Sequence record: PQ471515.1
DNA length: 64,000 nucleotides
Reading direction: 5' to 3' (one strand)
This document shows, one piece after another, positions 10,187 to 19,195 of this stretch. Each line of letters opens with the position of its first letter. The first letter of the stretch is position 1. Below the pieces are notes generated by a model. That model was not told the origin of the DNA. It worked only from the letters and a program-made list of their open reading frames with translations, and made no database searches. Made by a program: the position numbers and the translations under genes.

Positions 10187-10639
10187 TGTAGTGATGACAA
10201 TCCTGTTGAATGCAGAAATGCATATAAATTAGAACCTGATCCTATCGAAAATGTAGATGGCAGATGAGCAGTTCAACAGTGCGATGAGCAGAAGAAACCC
10301 GTTAGATGTGGGCATAGTTTGAACCCCTCACGGCGACACGGCTCAATAAAGAACTCCGATAAGCATACAGAGAGTTCCTCGATAGATGTATAAGGATCGC
10401 ACCTTACCAGATTTGCTAAGGGAGTTTATTAAGTGATTTAATAAACAGCCTGAAGTTTGATTGTATAGACTTTCAGGTGAGTGTCAGGATGATTAAGACT
10501 GACGACCGTTGCACATGACTGCGATAGAGAGAAACAGAGCAACCCGCTTTCGTTCTTAATGAATTTTAAGAAATTCGCAATACAATAAATGCTGAAACCA
10601 TCAGCGTCAAGAATTAAGAGACTTAATTGTCTCTTTTTT
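10187..10639 (+). ncRNA. Candidate ~450-nt structured non-coding RNA
   Basis: Promoter upstream, terminator downstream, no credible ORF, at least 8 local stems; family not recognised. Confidence 0.5.
10616..10639 (+). terminator. Intrinsic terminator ending the candidate ncRNA
   Basis: AAGAGAC-TTAATT-GTCTCTT followed by a T tract. Confidence 0.7.
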
Positions 10640-10856
10640 ATTGTCTTCATTCCCCTGCGGGGGGATGAAAATGTCTTCAACAAATCCCGTCAAGTATTAA
10701 ATCTTTTAAAGTTCTTTATAATTAATTATAAGAAATGAATATGAGTTACGTAGTAACGAATATTCTTCAGCTAACGAATGAAATGAGTTAGATGAGTTCA
10801 CTATAAAATAATTAATTCCTTTCATAATTCAATTCAATCAATTCTGTAGTTTAAAA

Positions 10857-10885
10857 CCAAAAAAAAACCAGCAACAATGTGCTGG
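10857..10885 (-). terminator. Intrinsic terminator of the gp26/gp51-like operon
   Basis: CCAGCA-ACAATG-TGCTGG preceded by an A run (U tract on the minus strand). Confidence 0.65.
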
Positions 10886-10896
10886 CTCCTTGTGAG

Positions 10897-11106
10897 TTAG
10901 TGCTTCTCGTTTTGTTTTTTAATTTTCTTATTAAAAGACTTAACTAATAAGTCTCTATCAATTAGTGGCATATTAAGTAGTGTTCCGTAATCAACACTTT
11001 CCATATAAACAGAACACTCCATTAATGCAGTTTTAATATCTGACTTATTCAACTCAAATTCCTTAAGTACTTCTTGTATTTCTTCAGGAGATGAGTGGAG
11101 AAGCAT
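10897..11106 (-). CDS. Small baseplate hub assembly protein (gp51-like)
   Basis: 69 aa, coupled by TAATG to the gp26-like gene; LLNMPLIDRDLL motif. Confidence 0.5.
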   Translation of the reverse strand: MLLHSSPEEIQEVLKEFELNKSDIKTALMECSVYMESVDYGTLLNMPLIDRDLLVKSFNKKIKKQNEKH

Positions 11107-11942
11107 TATGCGAAAAAATGACTTGGGTCATATTTCAGTCCATTAATTTCCCATTGATGATTACAGTCACTGCATTCAACTTCCATAGTATGGGAAACAC
11201 CAATTTCAAGTACTTCATCCATTTTTTCACGAATTATTTTAAGTGTTCCTTTGGACTGCTGGCCTAGCCATTCAGAAATGAATTCGTTTTCAGTTACTTC
11301 ATCACCTTCAGGAGTAATTACTTTAGCAATAACTCCTGCGATCATATCAAAGTTGAGTTGTGCCATACTTTCAAATACTTCACCAAAAACTTTAACTTTT
11401 TCTTCCTGCTCCATTTCGGCAGTTTCAAGGAATTTAGTTTTTTGTTGTTCTGTAAACATTCTTTCTGCGAAGTTAGAATATTCCTTCCAAGTAAGTGGTC
11501 TAAACTCTAAACTTAGTCCATTATCCAATTGTACAGTAGGAACTTCACTGAAAGTTTGTGCTGTTTCTAGTAGATATGATAAGCTACGCTCAAAACGGCC
11601 TTCTTTGTTACATTCAGGGCATGTCACATTAATATCATATGATTCTTCTTTAGAAGCTACTTTAATAGCGATAAGTAGTTGCTCTACGTCATTTACATAA
11701 AGTTCATCTGCATCAAGTACGTTAGGTACGCAGTTTTCAATAACACGAGCAATTGCATCACCATTTAGAAGCATATCTGGTGTATTGAGTGTCATTTCAT
11801 CACGTGCACTACGAGCACAAATGCCACATTTGATACCTTTAGAGCCAAGAACTCCTTCTTTATAAGGAATCACGCCATTTGTGACCAATTTTGTACCAAG
11901 TTCTTCAATTTTAGTATACTTAGCTAGTGGGTTCATTGCCAT
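11106..11942 (-). CDS. Baseplate hub assembly chaperone, gp26-like
   Basis: Start ATG 11942 with GGAG SD; DEMTL, AIKVAS, CPEC and CSDC motifs; divergent from the tape measure gene. Confidence 0.65.
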   Translation of the reverse strand: MAMNPLAKYTKIEELGTKLVTNGVIPYKEGVLGSKGIKCGICARSARDEMTLNTPDMLLNGDAIARVIENCVPNVLDADELYVNDVEQLLIAIKVASKEESYDINVTCPECNKEGRFERSLSYLLETAQTFSEVPTVQLDNGLSLEFRPLTWKEYSNFAERMFTEQQKTKFLETAEMEQEEKVKVFGEVFESMAQLNFDMIAGVIAKVITPEGDEVTENEFISEWLGQQSKGTLKIIREKMDEVLEIGVSHTMEVECSDCNHQWEINGLKYDPSHFFA

Positions 11943-12048
11943 TTTATTAAATCTCCATGTAATAAATGTCTCTGTAGTATTTATTACCAAAAAAATGGGA
12001 CAAATTGGACAAATGTTATAGATGGGTCTTTTTTATTCGTTATAGATT

Positions 12049-12056
12049 CATAAATA
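12049..12056 (+). promoter_or_regulatory. Late promoter (CATAAATA); same NTAAATA core at 16041, 16390, 17273, 17935, 19144, 22337, 28870, 33845, 35541, 45943, 50466
   Basis: TAAATA core recurs 20-70 nt upstream of structural genes, consistent with the gp55-like sigma; the motif is short and AT-rich, so single sites are uncertain. Confidence 0.6.
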
Positions 12057-12088
12057 TTTCTATAATACATCTATTAAAAGGGAATGTT

Positions 12089-14290
12089 ATGGCTGTCAAT
12101 ACAAGTGATTACCTACTACAGCAGTTGGTTAATCAAACTAAAGATAACAATGATAGTTTGACTGCTATCCGTGAGTTATTAGCTGAAAATATAAAGAATG
12201 ATAAGAAAAAATCAGGTTCAAATAGTAAAAAGAATGGTTCCAGTTCCAGTTCTTCCAGTAATCGTGGAACTCGTGGAAGTGCACAAGCCGATGACGGGAA
12301 AGCATTTGGTAAATTGTTCAAATCACTATCTTCTGAAGTTTCTAATGTAAGCAAAACAATGATGAACTCCAGTAACAACGTAAGTACTGTAGTAAACTCA
12401 TTAGGCGTTAGTGCATCCTCATTTGCTGGTTCATTAGCAATGATGCCAGGTCCAATTGGTGCAGCGGCAGCAGCATTTAAACTCGTTACTGGTGCTGGTC
12501 TTGCTGTATACAATGCCCTTAATGCACAATTGGAAGTATACACCAGAATTAACAGTGCTGGTGTTGCATTGGCTGAAGGTTATGGTTCAGTACTGAAAGG
12601 TGCTGGTGCAGCGATGATGAGTGTTGATCAGTTTTCTGAGGCAGTATCAGTTCATGCCCAAGCAGTAAACCAGTTGGGTGCGTTGTATGGCGATGGAACA
12701 ATGGCATTCGCAAACTTAGTTGGTAATGTCCAACTTGCACAGAAAGAACTTGGTTTATATGGCATATCTCAAAAAACACTAATTGATCTAACTGCTAGGA
12801 ATATTAAAGTTCAAAAATTATTGGGCGGTAAAGAATTACTACAGCGTGCTAACCAAGAACGCAGTACTGAACAATTTATAAAAACAATAACCACTTTCAG
12901 TAAAGCAATGGGTGAGTCGGTAGATTCACTGTTGAATAAAACTAGTTCTCTTGATGATTCACTTGACGCAAAATCAATTGCAATATCACTTGAACATGTA
13001 GGTGGACTGACTTCTGATGCAGCAGCAACTGCGGCAAAGAATATAGTTGAAGCTTCCGCAGCAATGGGTGACTTTGGACCAAAACTTCTAAGCATAGTAA
13101 ACTCCAAAATCACAACTGGAGCACTTCCTGATGATATATTAGCTCCTGAATTGTTCGATCTTAGTAATTACGTTTCTGAACTTGTTAGATCTGGGACCAG
13201 TTCCGTTGATTTACAACGCAAAATAATGGAATATACCAAGAAGAATAAAAGTGAATTGGAAATGGAGTTGTATTATCAACAACAACGTGGTTCTGAAGGG
13301 GCTGCTGCTGCTGCTGCACTTAAAGAACTTCTAGCCGCAGAATCCAGATTCAATGCTGCACAAAATAATCCGGCTGATAAATTAACTCAATTTACTAACC
13401 GCTTCAATATGTGGATTAGTAAAGAATTCACTGAACCATTTAATATAATGTATGCTAATACACAAAATTCAATTGTGGATTATCTTTCTGACATTGCAGA
13501 CAGAACTGATGGTGCATGGGAGTTTATTGGGGAATTGGCTCTTGATGGATTTGGGTTAGTACCTATTGCTAAAGATGCAATTGCTTACCTTGATCGTATT
13601 GGTGCTGAATTTACAGCTTGGTTGGATGGATTGGGTGCAGATATATTCGGTTCAGGTTACTCTAAAGTGTCAGAAGCATTTGATACCTTTATGAATAACT
13701 TAATGGATTTACCTGGTAACCTATGGAATTCTGTTAAAAGTTGGTTCGGTGGTGGTTCTGATAATGATATAAAACTCAATAACAGTACTGAAACCCCAGC
13801 AGAAAGCGTAAACAACATCATTGACAACGGTGTAAATAGTGTTAGTGATTATTTTGCAGGGATGTGGGATAAGTTCAACAAATGGAACACCTCACGTAAC
13901 TACAAAGAACCAAAACCACTACCATCTGATTATGCTGACAGTTTATTCAACCGTCCAGGAGTAGAACGTATTCGTCCTGTTATTGAAAAAACCAATAACG
14001 TTGCTCCAGAAATAACTGTATCTCGTAAAGATTTTGATAAAACTGCATGGGCACCAGGTGAACCACCAGTTCCACCAAAACCTGACGATACAGAGGCAAT
14101 TAAGAAGATGATAAATAATGGTAGTGCAGTGACATCGAGAACTGGACCACCAGCACCGATTTCTGATGAAATGAAAGAAATACTCAAAAAGCTTGCCGAT
14201 GTTAATGAACAATCACTATCTGCTGTACAACAGACAAATAATTATCTAAGAACTATCTCTGAAAACACCCAAGGTGAGAGAAACAGTTAA
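12089..14290 (+). CDS. Probable tape measure protein
   Basis: Ala/Gly-rich helical 733-aa protein next to hub chaperones and upstream of the portal. Confidence 0.6.
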   Translation: MAVNTSDYLLQQLVNQTKDNNDSLTAIRELLAENIKNDKKKSGSNSKKNGSSSSSSSNRGTRGSAQADDGKAFGKLFKSLSSEVSNVSKTMMNSSNNVSTVVNSLGVSASSFAGSLAMMPGPIGAAAAAFKLVTGAGLAVYNALNAQLEVYTRINSAGVALAEGYGSVLKGAGAAMMSVDQFSEAVSVHAQAVNQLGALYGDGTMAFANLVGNVQLAQKELGLYGISQKTLIDLTARNIKVQKLLGGKELLQRANQERSTEQFIKTITTFSKAMGESVDSLLNKTSSLDDSLDAKSIAISLEHVGGLTSDAAATAAKNIVEASAAMGDFGPKLLSIVNSKITTGALPDDILAPELFDLSNYVSELVRSGTSSVDLQRKIMEYTKKNKSELEMELYYQQQRGSEGAAAAAALKELLAAESRFNAAQNNPADKLTQFTNRFNMWISKEFTEPFNIMYANTQNSIVDYLSDIADRTDGAWEFIGELALDGFGLVPIAKDAIAYLDRIGAEFTAWLDGLGADIFGSGYSKVSEAFDTFMNNLMDLPGNLWNSVKSWFGGGSDNDIKLNNSTETPAESVNNIIDNGVNSVSDYFAGMWDKFNKWNTSRNYKEPKPLPSDYADSLFNRPGVERIRPVIEKTNNVAPEITVSRKDFDKTAWAPGEPPVPPKPDDTEAIKKMINNGSAVTSRTGPPAPISDEMKEILKKLADVNEQSLSAVQQTNNYLRTISENTQGERNS

Positions 14291-14302
14291 GGACGAACAA
14301 TA

Positions 14303-16039
14303 ATGAGTTGGAAACGACATATGACAATGGGGAGATCGAAGTTATCGGTCGTCCCTAATCAGTCCAGTAATAGCAACAAATCAACAGGAACGAAAACCAA
14401 TTTCGCTTCCTATCTTCCAGTAGTATACAATGGTTTAGCTAACCGTACTGAACGTTATAGTCAGTATGAACAGATGGACCAAGATCCTGAAATTAGAACA
14501 GCACTTAATATCATTGCTGACTTCTGTACACAAAGTACTGAAGATTTTGGTCTTCCATATAAAATCAAATATAAAGATGATATTGGTGATACAGAAGTAA
14601 CTACTATTGAAGACCGTTTGGATGCATGGACTGAACAAAATGATTTTAAAACCAGAATGTATGAAATTGTACGTGGCCTATTAAAATACGGTGACCAATT
14701 CTTCATTCGTGACCCAGAAACATTTGACTGGTACTGGGTAAGCCCAAAAAACGTTGAACAAGTATTCGTTAACGAAGCAACCGGAAAAACCCCTGTAATT
14801 TATTATATCCGTGACGTATCTTTGAATCTTAAAGATAAAGTGTTTAGTAACTTGCAAGTTGGTTTTGACAAAACTGCATATCCTGGTGCAATCCCTACCA
14901 CATTAGGTGGCGGTGGTTCAGTAGCAGCAGGTGGTGCATCTGGCTTTACTAACCAAGGAAACTCTGCTGACCCATTCAGTACTAACGGTCGTCTTGATGT
15001 TATTCCAGTTGGTGCAGAACACGTAATTCATCTAACCCTAAATACAGGACAAGATGGAGTTTGGCCTTTTGGTACTAGTATACTTGAAGATGTTTTCAAA
15101 GTCTATAAACAAAAAGAATTACTTGAAGATAGTATTATTATCTATCGTGTTCAACGTGCTCCAGAGCGTCGTGTATTTAAAATCGACGTTGGTGATATGC
15201 AAACTCACCAAGCAATGGCATACGTAGAACGATTCAAAAATGAAATTCACCAAAGACGTATTCCTTCAAATAAAGGTGGCAGTACTTCTCTAATGGATGC
15301 AGCATATAATCCATTAAGTATTCTAGAAGATTACTTCTTCCCACAAACTTCTGAAGGTCGTGGTTCAGATGTACAAACACTTCCAGGTGGTGATAACTTA
15401 GGTCAGATTGATGACTTGCGTTACTTCAACAATAAATTGATTCGTGGATTGCAAATTCCAGCTTCATATCTACCGCAAGGTCCAGATGATGGTGGTGTAT
15501 CACTATTCGGTGATGGTGCAACACAAGCAATGGCAAGTGAATTACGTTTTAATAACCAATGTATGCGTTATCAACGTTTAGTTGCAAAACTATTTGATGC
15601 AGAATTTAAACGTTTTATGGTTAAAAATGGATATAACATTAGTACTTCATCTTTTGAAGTAATTATGAATCCACCTATTAACTTGGCTTCTTATCGTAAA
15701 GCGGAACTAGATGCTAAACTAATTAACACCTATCTCCCACTTAACGATCTGCCATATATGGCAAAACAAACTATTCTTGAAAAAATGGGCTTCTCTAAAG
15801 CTGATATTGTTAAGAATGAGCAAATGTGGCTCCAAGAAAATCCACAAGATGGTTCCGCTCCGTCAAGTGGTGAAGAAGATGCTGCTGGGTTGCAATCTGT
15901 TGGTATAGATGCTCCTAACGACCCTGGTATGGATTTAGGTATTGATGGTGACGGTAACTTAGAAAGTGCCGATGCTGAATACCAAAACCAACAAGGAAGT
16001 GCAGGTTTTAACCCGAATAATTTAGGCGATTCTTTTTAA
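14303..16039 (+). CDS. Portal protein (gp20-like)
   Basis: LLEDSIIIYRVQRAPERRVFKIDVG, LEDYFFP, GSDVQTLPGGDNLGQIDDLRYF motifs. Confidence 0.95.
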   Translation: MSWKRHMTMGRSKLSVVPNQSSNSNKSTGTKTNFASYLPVVYNGLANRTERYSQYEQMDQDPEIRTALNIIADFCTQSTEDFGLPYKIKYKDDIGDTEVTTIEDRLDAWTEQNDFKTRMYEIVRGLLKYGDQFFIRDPETFDWYWVSPKNVEQVFVNEATGKTPVIYYIRDVSLNLKDKVFSNLQVGFDKTAYPGAIPTTLGGGGSVAAGGASGFTNQGNSADPFSTNGRLDVIPVGAEHVIHLTLNTGQDGVWPFGTSILEDVFKVYKQKELLEDSIIIYRVQRAPERRVFKIDVGDMQTHQAMAYVERFKNEIHQRRIPSNKGGSTSLMDAAYNPLSILEDYFFPQTSEGRGSDVQTLPGGDNLGQIDDLRYFNNKLIRGLQIPASYLPQGPDDGGVSLFGDGATQAMASELRFNNQCMRYQRLVAKLFDAEFKRFMVKNGYNISTSSFEVIMNPPINLASYRKAELDAKLINTYLPLNDLPYMAKQTILEKMGFSKADIVKNEQMWLQENPQDGSAPSSGEEDAAGLQSVGIDAPNDPGMDLGIDGDGNLESADAEYQNQQGSAGFNPNNLGDSF

Positions 16040-16112
16040 TCATAAATAACAATGTATAAGAATGAGGGTACATTAGTTGCCCTCATTATAATGCATATTC
16101 AAAGGAGATGAA

Positions 16113-16340
16113 ATGTTAAAGGACATCTTTGAATCTAGCAGTGATTCTTTATACGACCCTGAAGATGATCAGAACGTATATAAAATTACTGATTCCAGAA
16201 AACCAAAACTAACATTACAAGTACTTAATAATTTAAGAAAGTACCGTGAATTTAAAGCTAATGAAGAACAACGACGCAAAAATGTTGTCGCTGTTGTTTA
16301 TGCAGCAGCACCATCCGGTGATGGTTCAGGATTAATGTAA
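16113..16340 (+). CDS. Small head-module protein
   Basis: 75 aa, SD AAGGAG, own late promoter; RKPKLTLQVLNNLRK motif. Confidence 0.6.
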   Translation: MLKDIFESSSDSLYDPEDDQNVYKITDSRKPKLTLQVLNNLRKYREFKANEEQRRKNVVAVVYAAAPSGDGSGLM

Positions 16341-16440
16341 ACAAAAATCGCACTTTTTAAAGCTTTTAAAAATGGCGAAATTTTTCAGTACTAAATAATA
16401 TCATACTTTATATGAATGTAATATATCTATGGAGGATATA

Positions 16441-17271
16441 ATGGCGAATTTAAAACTACTACAAGAAGCAATTGAAGCGTTTGCAAACGGCGAACAAGAT
16501 GTTGCTGATAAAAAAATGCGTAAGTACTTTGTTGAGCAAGCTCAAGAAATCAATAAAGAACTAGAAGAAAGCATGGACGAAGAAGAATGTGAAGTTGAAG
16601 TCAAAGACGAAGAAAAACTTGACGAAGACTTTGATGTTCAACCAGACGCTGGTCTAAATGCTGAAATCGAATACACCCTAGGTGAAGAAGATGAAAGTGC
16701 AGAAGAAGAAGTTGAATTCTCTGCTGATGCTGATGGCGAAGAAGTTGACGCTGAAGCAGAAGTTGGTGCAGAAGTTCCTTCCGAAGACCAATGGGAATCT
16801 ATTCAAGATGCTTTCCGTGGCCTACAACAAATGTTTGACGAAATCGGCGGTGATGATGTTGACCTAGGTTCTGACGACGAAGTTGAAGTTGGTGCGGAAG
16901 AAGAATTCGGTGCTGATGGTGAAGAATCTGAAGACGAATTTGCTGATGTACAATTCGGTGATGAGAAAGTTGGTGAGTCTTTCAAACTTAAGCAAGTTGC
17001 TGCGGTTGATAAGAAAGAAAAAGCTGGCGTTAATACCAAGTCTCCAGTTGCTCCAGAAGCTAAATCTCCAGTTCAAGGTGTTGCTCCAGTGAAATTCGCT
17101 AAAGCTTCCGAAAAACAAGTAGATTATGATTTTGAAAACGAAGATGCTATGTCTCACACTGATGAAGACCTAGGTAAAAATGCTCGTGGCGAAATGAAAG
17201 ATGTTGCGAAGCCAAAAAATACCGCTTCTAAATCTCGTTCTCCACTACCAAAATCACAACCAAAAATCTAA
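16441..17271 (+). CDS. Acidic prohead core protein (gp67/68-like position)
   Basis: Very D/E-rich; GGAGG SD; between portal and protease. Confidence 0.6.
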   Translation: MANLKLLQEAIEAFANGEQDVADKKMRKYFVEQAQEINKELEESMDEEECEVEVKDEEKLDEDFDVQPDAGLNAEIEYTLGEEDESAEEEVEFSADADGEEVDAEAEVGAEVPSEDQWESIQDAFRGLQQMFDEIGGDDVDLGSDDEVEVGAEEEFGADGEESEDEFADVQFGDEKVGESFKLKQVAAVDKKEKAGVNTKSPVAPEAKSPVQGVAPVKFAKASEKQVDYDFENEDAMSHTDEDLGKNARGEMKDVAKPKNTASKSRSPLPKSQPKI

Positions 17272-17302
17272 CACTAAATAAAGAAAAGGAAAGGAGATCA
17301 TT

Positions 17303-17923
17303 ATGAGTATGATTCGTGAATGGTCTTCATTCAATGATTCTAAAGTTGTTTTGGAACATCGTGATAATGGACTTGGTGGGCGTGATTGCTATCTTCGTGG
17401 TATTGCTATTCAAGCCGATCAAAGAAATTTAAATGAGAGAATTTACCCTTTAGCCGAAATTACTAAAGCTGTTAATAATATGGCTCAACGTTTGGCTAAA
17501 GGTGAAAGTATTCTAGTTGAATGTGACCACCCTGAAACACTAACAATTAACCTTGACCGTGTAGCAGCAATGATTACTAAGGTCTGGATGGAAGGTGCTA
17601 ACGGCATGGCAGAAATCAAACTACTTGATACTGCTCATGGTACTAATATTCGTAAAATGCTAGAAGCTGGTGTGAAACTTGGTGTAAGTTCTCGTGGTTC
17701 CGGTAACGTGGATTACAATGGAATAGTTTCTGATTTTGAAATTATCACAATTGATATTGTTGCTCAACCTAGTGCTCCAGAGGCATACCCTACTGCGGTT
17801 TTTGAATCTCTGATGAGTAAGTACGGATCACCTTGTAATAGTCCTAAAAAAATCACAGAATCTAAAACAGTAAATAATGTAGATTCTGAAATTTACGATT
17901 TTTTCAAGAAATTAAAAGGTTAA
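17303..17923 (+). CDS. Prohead protease (gp21-like)
   Basis: ECDHP, LGVSSRGSG and DIVAQPSAPEAY motifs. Confidence 0.93.
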   Translation: MSMIREWSSFNDSKVVLEHRDNGLGGRDCYLRGIAIQADQRNLNERIYPLAEITKAVNNMAQRLAKGESILVECDHPETLTINLDRVAAMITKVWMEGANGMAEIKLLDTAHGTNIRKMLEAGVKLGVSSRGSGNVDYNGIVSDFEIITIDIVAQPSAPEAYPTAVFESLMSKYGSPCNSPKKITESKTVNNVDSEIYDFFKKLKG

Positions 17924-17989
17924 CATTTTAAAAATATAAATATTTGTATGTTGAAGTACAGATATTTCAGTACTTAAAGGAGAGAACGA

Positions 17990-19105
17990 ATGTCTAAATT
18001 AGAAAAGCTTCTAAAAGAATCATCTCTTTCTGATGAGGCAAAACAGCTAATTCAGGAAGCATGGAATGAAGAAAAAAACACACTTGCCGCAGAAATGCGT
18101 GAAGAAATGAAAGGCCGCTACAAACAAGATTTGTCTGAGCTAACCGAAGGTCTAAATACTATGGTTACTCAAGTTATCGCTGAAGAAATGGGTGCAGTAT
18201 ATGAAGAGAAAAAACGTCTTGTAGAAGATCGTGTAACTCTCCGCAAAACCCTAAGTAATTTCTCTGCGTTTTCTAACTCTGTTTTGGCTGAAGAAGTTAA
18301 ACAAATGCGTAAAGAACGTAAGCATCTTCAAGAATGCATGGGTAAATTCGTTAATTTCTCTAACGGTATCCTAGCAGAAGAGCTAAAAGAATTCCACATC
18401 GAGAAACGTCAACTAGTTGAAACTCGCGTTAAACTACTAGCTGAAGGCTCCCGTCAAATTGCTGAAGCACGTAACAACTTCATCAAACGTACCTCTGAAA
18501 GTGCTGCTAAATACATTGCAGAAACTACTCAGAAAAACCTATACGCTTTGAAAGAAGATCTTGTTGAAGCAAAACAAAATATGTTTGGTCGTAAAATCTT
18601 TGAAGCATTTGCTCAAGAGTTTAATGTCAAACAATTTAATGAGAATTCACTACTACGTTCCCTAACTGAATCAATCAAGTCTAAAGAAGACGAAATTGCT
18701 CAAGTTAAGCAAGAACTAAATGAAACTGTAAGTGAAGTTAAAGCTGCTAAAACCAAACTACGTATTATGGAAGATTCACAAGCTCGTAATGCGATTATGT
18801 CTGAACTAGTTAAGCCACTAACTACACAACAGAAACAAATTATGGAATCCCTTCTAGCTACTTCTCCTACAGAAAAGCTTAAAGACGATTTCAGCAAGTA
18901 CCATAAGTCAGTACTTAACGGTACTAAAGTAAATGAATCTGCTACCACTCGTCAAGCAGTTCAGTCTTCCGCTAAGAGAACTCTTGCAGAAGGTAAAGTA
19001 ATCACTGGCAACCGTCAGGCTATTGTTGAAAGCGAAGAAATGACCGCTGACGATATGGCATTCCTAAAAGAACTCGATGTTCTTTCTGGTATCAATAAAA
19101 AATAA
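17990..19105 (+). CDS. Prohead scaffold protein (gp22-like)
   Basis: Coiled-coil, E/K-rich, between protease and capsid. Confidence 0.85.
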   Translation: MSKLEKLLKESSLSDEAKQLIQEAWNEEKNTLAAEMREEMKGRYKQDLSELTEGLNTMVTQVIAEEMGAVYEEKKRLVEDRVTLRKTLSNFSAFSNSVLAEEVKQMRKERKHLQECMGKFVNFSNGILAEELKEFHIEKRQLVETRVKLLAEGSRQIAEARNNFIKRTSESAAKYIAETTQKNLYALKEDLVEAKQNMFGRKIFEAFAQEFNVKQFNENSLLRSLTESIKSKEDEIAQVKQELNETVSEVKAAKTKLRIMEDSQARNAIMSELVKPLTTQQKQIMESLLATSPTEKLKDDFSKYHKSVLNGTKVNESATTRQAVQSSAKRTLAEGKVITGNRQAIVESEEMTADDMAFLKELDVLSGINKK

Positions 19106-19195
19106 ACATTTTAAAGCATTTTAATAATCAAATTTTTCAGTTCTATAAATAATATCATACTGAAAAACGAATATAACATCTTTAAGGAGATAATA

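Noticed and set aside
10351-10365. UCCG in the candidate ncRNA as a quadruplet anticodon for CGGA
   Set aside because: The flanks (AAGAA/AAGCA) do not form an anticodon stem and there is no cloverleaf or T-arm; a 4-nt match is expected by chance.
10438-10683. 81-aa minus-strand ORF inside the non-coding region
   Set aside because: No SD, no promoter, atypical composition; it overlaps terminator hairpins.
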